A DNA stretch of 64,000 nt, from positions 14,085,037-14,149,036 of the forward strand of contig CM119268.1 in assembly GCA_051294375.1 (NCBI GenBank), given 5' to 3'. Below are positions 38,598 to 64,000 of the stretch, in pieces (position 1 is the stretch's first letter; every line of letters begins with the position of its first letter). Made by a program: the position numbers and the translations under genes. This stretch comes from Paraspadella gotoi. Lineage: Eukaryota; Animalia; Chaetognatha. The notes under the pieces are model-generated. The model made no database searches. It was not told the origin of the DNA and saw only the letters and a program-made list of their open reading frames with translations.

Positions 38598-41500
38598 GTG
38601 ACGGATGTCATCATTCGATAACCTTCGCGACTGTGGCCTATTTTAACGTCTCCTCCCCTTCCCTTACTCATTCACAAGCAATGACTTAAATCCAAATGGC
38701 CTTTCCCCCCCCCCCCGACCTCCCGACTTCTCCGACTCCCAACCCTGCGATTTAAAGGCGAAGCGAATGTCGCGTTGAAAACTTCGACGATAATCACACC
38801 GAATCACAAAACGGATTTTTTATCCTTTCTGATAGTAGCAGTACTTTTATTTTTATTATTATTGGTTCTTAGTTTTCGTTAAGAAATGTAATACATGGTA
38901 AAGTATTGATTGGATGTTTTTTAACTCATTGTGAAAGCTTTTATACATCAAACGTGTTCGTAAGCCTTAATTAAAGATTATTTGCACTCATTTTCTTCGT
39001 TTTCGTTAAAAAATAATAACTAAATTTTCTGCACAAGATGTTTGTTGCATACGAAAAATATTTCAAATGTAATATTTTAGAGAAACGATACATATCTAAC
39101 ATTAATTGCCATGATAAAATGTTTTTAAATTCTTCTCTGGATAATACTCAAAAAACCTGCTTTATCCAGCGTAGCTGTTTTCTATTAAATATTTTCTACG
39201 TTTTGTACAGTTGTGTCGGTGATATTTTGATGATTAAAGCGCAATGTAGTTATAGTCCATTATGTCCCCTTTTTTTTGGAAATGAAATCGATAAAATGTA
39301 ATACTTTCGCATTATTTCAATTTGGTGCACGCTATCTTTTATCTAACGTGGCAAACTCGAGGACAAAAAAAATGTTTAGCCGCAATATTTTTTTACTTTA
39401 CTACTTTGAACTAACTACTCGAATGCACACGTTGATACTTTTGACCGGGCAGCTTCATAACGCTTGTTATCAATATTTTCTTAACAGTTATATAATAAAG
39501 TTGAAATCATATTGTTTTTATTCATTGTTAATAAACCGCCTCGTTTAGAAGGTGCAGCAAGTGTTCAATCCAGTTTCCTTAGAGAAAAAAAGAGAAATGT
39601 TGTTTATATTTAATATTTTTATAATAAAACAATCGTCTTTAAATGGTTTTTTTTATCCATTTTGTGACAGCGCTTCCTGAAATAATTTTGAACCTCAAAA
39701 TTTTTTTTCTTGATTCGCGCTCTTTGTCCTCACAGACAACACACAGAAAAAGCGCAGAAAAAAGGATCGCATTTCCTTTGCCAGGGTCGTAAAGTTGGAA
39801 AAGATGAAAGTCATGCTTTATGTCATTGTACTGTTAGGGTTAGAAAAGCAAACCAGTTTTGGACTGATACATTCTTGTTGCTGTTGTGTAGAAACGTCAA
39901 GTTTACGTACTCCGGGTCCTTTTTATTTCTGGATCAAATTAAATAGTCATGATGAAAAGCATTTTTGAATTTGAGCATGAGAAAAAGCGCAGGTGGGTGA
40001 AACGAGCGTGACCATTGGCAGGCTTTTGAACCGGTAACTGCTAACTGAAGGTATTCACTGGTTGGCCCAACATGGAATTTAAAAAGAACACATTTCGGTT
40101 TATTTTTCTTGGCTTGTTCCATCGCTTCAACAACGACTGGATCAAGTTTCGTGATCAGTCAGGTATTCCACCGCGGGTCGGCACTCAATGTTATAGATGG
40201 TGTAATGTTAGTTATATTTAATATTACAGTATTGCATTATGTTCACCCGCCTGTCGTGAACCGGTGGCTCATTGAGTTGTACCATCAGCCAATGACCATA
40301 TGCTCCGGGAATCGATCCCAATGGAAGATGGATGGAAGCCTGAGGACGGCCGTTACCAGCCTTGGGACCCGTTTCAATGCTGCTAAGGAGGCTCAGAAGA
40401 TACGGATAGTCTTCAGCCCACTTAGCGCCTTACCCACAGATAGACCCGGAGCATACGGGCGATATCTGGCGATATACCTTCCAGCTCGTACCAATGGCTG
40501 AGTACCAACCGAGATTTCCGCATTCTATTCCCTCACGGTGAAAGTGTGATATTATCAGTAAAAACACTGTGACATGCGGTGGTCAATTGCCTTGAGTGCC
40601 AGCTGTCGATGAGATTCATCATAGACGTCTCCTTAATTGTCATATGTGGTTTTGTGACCTTAGAGGAGGTAAAGTAAGGTTAGGTTGAAAGTAGGTCAAA
40701 GGTTTGACCGAGGTTGCATGTTATAGTTGTTCGTCCACAGTTTACTCTTTTAATCTTATGACATTCGTCAATGCCGATAACGAATTTGTCAAGGCTTCCG
40801 ATGTACGGATGCCATCCCAGTGTTTTAAAATGAATGTACGGCGGAGCCTGTCTGTGAGAGCGTCTGGTGGATTGTCTTTTATGACTTTCCCTTGTTCGTG
40901 GAACGCGTTTAGAAAATTAGACGCGCTTAAGGCCTAGGACCTTGGGGGTCGAAATTATTTTTTCAACTATAATTTATTATATTCTTTGTTTTCGAAATAT
41001 TATCTCTTAAAATTTTTATTCATGAAAGTTTTATCTTCTCTCCTAAAATCCAAAACAAAAGATTTTTTAAAAGTTTATTTTTTTTTAATCATTCATACTT
41101 CGTGCAATTGAAAGATGGTTTTTCATGAGAAATATTTTTGTTCTTAATATTTATGATAAAAATATGGGCGACTTATATTTTCATTCACAATCTGATTTGC
41201 GCAGACGAAGGCTAACACATAGCTCAATATGTCCGTATTTCATATAATATAAAAATAACAACTTTTAGTTTTGCCGCGAGCAACTCTATAACTCTCTTTT
41301 CGTGCTATTGTATCGTCTTTTATAATATTTATAACTCGGGTAATTCATCTCAATTAAGTTTATATTTGGTAGGAAGGTACATAGAGACCATAAGACATAA
41401 GACCTTAAATGTGCATATGTATCATACTTAATCAGTTATATGATTATTTGAAAAAGCGATTATTTTGACCAGAAATTTAATGTTGTATAATTTATAAAAT

Positions 41501-42253
41501 ACCGAGTCATTTAATTAACATTTGGCAGATTAAGAGTAAGATATTAGTCAATCTTTTTATGCATAAGGATCATAATATTATGTTGCAATGTGACCATGAG
41601 AACTATGGTTACGTGTTCACAAAATAAATACGGTATATTTTGTGTCAAATTTGCTTGTTTAGCCGAAACTTTGCAGATAAGTGACCAATATAGGACGTTT
41701 GTTATATATAATTATGTACGTAGTAACATTATCACCTTGAAATACACATACGAAAGTCACTGCTGCGTAACACATTGAAATTACCGTTGTTGTTTTTTGT
41801 AGTTGTAACGAGTACTCGCAGCGTAATTACGTAAAAAAGGGAAAAACGAAACTAAGATAGGGCTGCGCGAGGTAGAAATTGGGGAAAAATTCAGCGTGAT
41901 AGAACAACAGATTGCACACAAGTTAGAACGTATTTCAGAGACTCCTCTTTCTCTCGTTTGGAGAAAAAACAAATTAATTAGGTGGGTTTGACGACAATGG
42001 GACGGATTAATTGGAACCGCGTCCTGTTAGCTCCCATGTGGCTTTATACGTTTGTTTGAGAGGATGTACATAAGTCACCGTCTAATTTTCACGAGAATGA
42101 GACGAAACGTTTTAACAGAAGACTTGCGAAAAACGCACGTCACAAACGTAACTGATTAATTTTACGATGAAACTTTTTTTTACTTGTTAGACAATCGACA
42201 ATCAGACAATTAGATAGCTCTTAATACGCACATAAAAAATTAACAACTACCAG

Positions 42254-42676
42254 TTTCCGGTCTCGTGGTCGCCGGCGCCTTTCCCTGGATGGCCAGCGTT
42301 CAGAATCATCTCTTCGGCGACGACTCTCATCATTGCGGCGGCGCCATCATCTCTGCCGCCCACTGTTTCCGATAGTCAATATTTTTTTGTCAGTTTATTT
42401 GTTTAATTTGTTGTTGTTTATTTCAAGAGGTTTAAACGGAATTAATACTGAATTTACGAACGCCAATTCTTGTTCGTCGAGCTCCGATCTTTACCGCGTC
42501 CTCGTCGGCACCAACAGCCTCGTCGAGGGCAGCGGGCAGAAGCATCATTCGATCGATAACCTCACTCACTCACTCGCTCACCCACAACCAACCATTCCCA
42601 GATTACGGCCCAAATGAAGCCGGGCGTCTACTCCTCTGTCGCCGCCGATCTGATGTGGCTACGAGACGATCAAGGG
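42254..42676 (+). pseudogene. Trypsin-like remnant, copy 2
   Basis: Same sequence as 36657-37080. Confidence 0.65.
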
Positions 42677-43017
42677 TTTTGTATGCAGAAAATTATTTGT
42701 AATATTTTATGTACTTAATTATAATTTACATTTCTAATCATATACATCGACGAAATATACAGCGAACTGTAACATTATTTGTACATAAAAAGATAATACC
42801 GATAAATATTAGAAGCCACGCATAAAATTGATTATAAAAGGGCAGGGATCTTTTGGATAACTCTATTGTTACGTCTAAAAATTTTAATTAAAATTGAAAT
42901 TCAGCGGTAGCTTGCAATAACGACAAGAATCTTGTGCTCGAAACAGTTCTGAAAGTGTATTGAATTTTGAATCGTCAAGAAACGAAGTGATTTAACACCT
43001 AAACACCTTACGCCTTC

Positions 43018-57875
<14,858 letters not shown>

Positions 57876-59105
57876 CGGGGGGGGGTAAGAGGAGGAGGAG
57901 GGGGAGGAGGAGGAGAGAGATCTTTTGGTGGGCAGGGAGTTGTGAGGATGGGAAGAAAAAGGGTAGGTTTCAATATTTATTATATTAATAAGTTTTACAC
58001 CGATGATATTATATTCTGATAAAGTTTAGTGTGCACTTGATTCTAATATTTGAATATATCTATCCTTCCACTACTACTAGTTAAATCATATAGTATTATA
58101 GCGGCACTGATTTAAAACAATTTTTGAGATCCGTTCGGTATGACCCTATGTTTTTTAACATCTCCGACTTTTCGACTCTACATCAAATTGACATTTAAAT
58201 TCTCTGGAACTAAAAAAACTTAAACAAACAAGAAAAAAAATTAAGAATTCAATTTCAGAGTTTAGGCTGACAACCGAAACAAACAACATTAAGGAATATT
58301 TCCTCCCTTCGTAATAAACTTACCAAACGATAAAAACGCGAATAAAATTCCATTTTTTTTCTAAGTTTTAATGCTGAGAATTATTTCCTTTTTATTCGTA
58401 ATTTGTTGCGTTGATTCTAAATTCTAAGATTCCGGGTTCCATCGAAAGGGGAAGCAAGCTGACGCTAAGTTGAAATCTAGAAAAATCAAAGAACGCAAAG
58501 GTGCCTCGCTTCTGAAAATAAGTTTTGGAGAGAGAGGGAGAAAGAGAGAGAGATAGAGAGATAGAATTAAAAAAAGGTGAGTTCGAACTCGCGAGGTGAG
58601 TCGATGATGGAAACAGAAATTTTTCGCTTCCATCTTTCTCTCTATTTCGTCGTCGTCGTCGTCGTTGTAGTCGTCTCAACAACCCGGGGATTAAATTCTC
58701 CCCTCAGAAAATTCGAGCGTCGGACCGAGTGACGCCGCGGGATAGTGATGCTCTATTTCAATTGGTTGAAAGTTGCAGCCTATCAGCGTCAGCAATGTTA
58801 AATCGCTCTGAGGGTGAGGATCCGCGTTGTCATCCGGAAAATATTCGGAAAGTGAGTTGATCATTTCAAGTTGGTAAGTAATTAGAATATATTCGTTGAG
58901 TATTAAACACAAGTATAGTGAGCTTACAATAAATTACAATAGCTTACAAAACAAAGTTTTTATTTTACAATTTTTTTTTCAAAAATTATACAACGAGAAA
59001 GGTGAGAAAAAACGTTCAAAAAAGTTGGCTGTCAATTTAAAAAAAAAAAACAAAAAAAACCCTGAACTCCCACGCAGAGAAAAAACCCTTTCGAGTTACG
59101 AGCGA

Positions 59106-61753
<2,648 letters not shown>

Positions 61754-62485
61754 GGCGACAAGGTGTGTCTTTCGGTCTGATCCGTGTTCCGTGGGGTTTC
61801 ACGCAAAAAAACTTTTGGCCATTGATAAAACTAATATTTTCTTATTATTTAGTTTTCACCGAATATTTAAAAATGAGTCGAGTAGACAAGCAAACGATTA
61901 AACAATCATAACGTGGTAATGAAAAATTGGCCAGAGAGCTTTTTGTGCGAGGAATGAACTTCTTAAAGTCATGAAAACCAAAAATGATCGAATGGAGATA
62001 ATAATTTTGTTTCAAAACAACTCAAATTACTCGATAAGAAGTAATTCGTCTTGAGAGGAATTAGATCAAATCAGCAATCTTATCGCCCTTTACTTTTCTT
62101 TAATTCTTAATCTTCGATCGATTGTCTTCTCGAGATTAAGTCGGACGTAGAATCTATCAATTGGATTCGATTTTGGCAGGATAGGATTGAGGCGAGAGTT
62201 TCGACACCAAAATTTACGAAACGCCGTTTAATACTCGTCTGCTCAACTAATAAAATCTTTGAGTTGACAGTATATACCGTACACGGATAATATTTTTTTC
62301 ACTTCAGAAAGTCGAACCTTTTCTTCGAGAAAATATTTAAAGCTAACTTTCTTATTTTATACAGCGATCTAGACCTAAAGCTATCGAAGTTCAGATCCTG
62401 AAGTCCAGGCCTTTAAAAACATAGATAATCCTATTTAATCCATCCGAGTTCAGATTTATTAATTATACTGTACAATATTCAAACA

Positions 62486-63925
62486 TTACAAATCCGACTG
62501 GCTTTCTTTCGTCGTGTCGTCCTCCGGTTCTTTGGAACGACGCCAAAAAGGTTGGAAAACAACCATGAGGCCGTCCTTCACCGCCAAGGCGATCGTTTCC
62601 CTTCTGTTGAATTCTTCGTGCACGGCTTCAGAGAGGACTCCTAGCGACGTCCAGAAGCATTTTCGAAACTAGAAATTGAGGATATAAATGGTTAAGTGGC
62701 AACAAAATAGCAATGATAGCCAAACATTATAAACGCTGTCGCTGAGCTATAAACATTAAAAATACTGTTTCGATTTGGGGAAAAAAAATTAGTTAAGAAA
62801 TATTGCCATAAATTGAATTATGAATCTAAAAAAATTTACAGATAGATATTTTCTGGTGGTTCTTTGCAATGAGACTGAAAATAATTCCAAACTTACAATG
62901 GGATCGCATTTGAGCAGAATAAAGAGATTGAGGGAGGAGTAGAGCGTCGAGAAAAATCTGGACATTAGCCAAAGAATTGCGCTCTTCTGAACGAAGTGCG
63001 CCACGACGTAGGGAAAGTGGCTGAAGAATAATAATAAAAATGAAAATAATTGATAATAATTGATAATAATTGATAATAATTCTCAGTAGAGAGCGAAATC
63101 GTTTTGCATTGCAAAACATTGCCAAACCCTTAAAGGCTTAACTCGCCAGCAAAAGGCGGAGAGAAGCATGACGAGGACGTGGATCTTGAGTCGGTCCTCG
63201 AACCCGCCCACTCTCTTCACGTTGGCCTCCTGCATCCGCTGCTGCAGCGCCACCTTGATCGTCACCATCATCGCAGACGTCACCATCAACATCGTCAAAC
63301 AGCAGACGGCGTAGAGGCCGCCGAGGAATTGATGAACCTGAATGGATTTTGACGCAAAATGAAAAACGTTCCAATTTCTGATTCTTCTCCGCAATCACAA
63401 ATTCGTATTCGCTGCTTCATTTTGCTTGAATTTATTATTTGAGAATTATTCGATTATTGTAGGTTTAATTCTGTGACTATGAAATACACCATCACATCTA
63501 CATTTTTAGAATTATTATACCACCTCATTGATAGGGAAGCCAGATTCTCTGGGGGTGAATAAACGTGACTGTGCGAGAGTCTTGATTGAAAGCTTACAGG
63601 GACCCTGCTATGTCATTATCTTTTAAGAGTGATGGGGGCCTTAAACCACCAAAGCCAGTCCGAAGTCAAGGGCAAGATCCCTTATTTATTAATTGAATGG
63701 TTGTACCAATTTCATGTCACAACAACGTCGACAACAACTCCAAACGCTCTCGTCTCACGATTCTCGGCGCGGTGAAGACGGTGATCCACATGACGGTGAC
63801 GTAAGTGGCGGGGAAGAGGATCCCGCAGAAGAAGGATTCAACGACGATGCACTTGACCGGCTTAATCTGATCCGCACGGGCGAAGTTCAAGTCGTTCATG
63901 GAGAGGGCGCGCACCTTTTTGGGTA
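62486..63925 (-). CDS. 3' part of a divergent rhodopsin-like 7TM GPCR (5' end probably beyond the window)
   Basis: Hydrophobic exons at about 63925-63745, 63337-63147, 63020-62897 and 62668-62486. TM6-like LLSAFCCHFPYVV, TM7-like LYSSLNLFIL, then D-x-x-FRK helix 8 and a stop. Confidence 0.6.
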
Positions 63926-64000
63926 ATGGCGGTGAGTTAAGACAACAGGGAGAATCGTGAGCTTTTATAGTTATTAGAGAAAATATCGTGAATAAGGAGC

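Overview
Eukaryotic (metazoan, invertebrate-like) genomic DNA with GC-richer exons, short AT-rich introns and two 25-N scaffold gaps. The species cannot be named from sequence. All protein assignments come from manual translation and motif recognition, with no database search. The + strand carries four spliced genes: an MFS transporter with a long Pro/Tyr-motif cytoplasmic tail (4-7452), an SLC25A39/40-type mitochondrial carrier, the nucleoporin ELYS/AHCTF1, and a complete 354-aa G-alpha-i. A divergent DEG/ENaC channel gene is nested antisense in G-alpha-i intron 3. The - strand also carries a Delta-type (C2-DSL-EGF-TM) Notch ligand, a Rab11-like GTPase and the 3' part of a 7TM GPCR. The middle of the window (33-55.7 kb) is triplicated: a 5.6-kb direct duplication across an N gap, then a fold-back palindrome centred at about 44.88 kb whose right arm becomes increasingly indel-ridden. 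This is most likely a haplotig plus a chimeric/amplification artefact. Also present are an internally deleted trypsin pseudogene, Helitron/DINE-like and MITE insertions, and a 245-nt six-hairpin GC-rich element in a Delta intron (candidate structured RNA).
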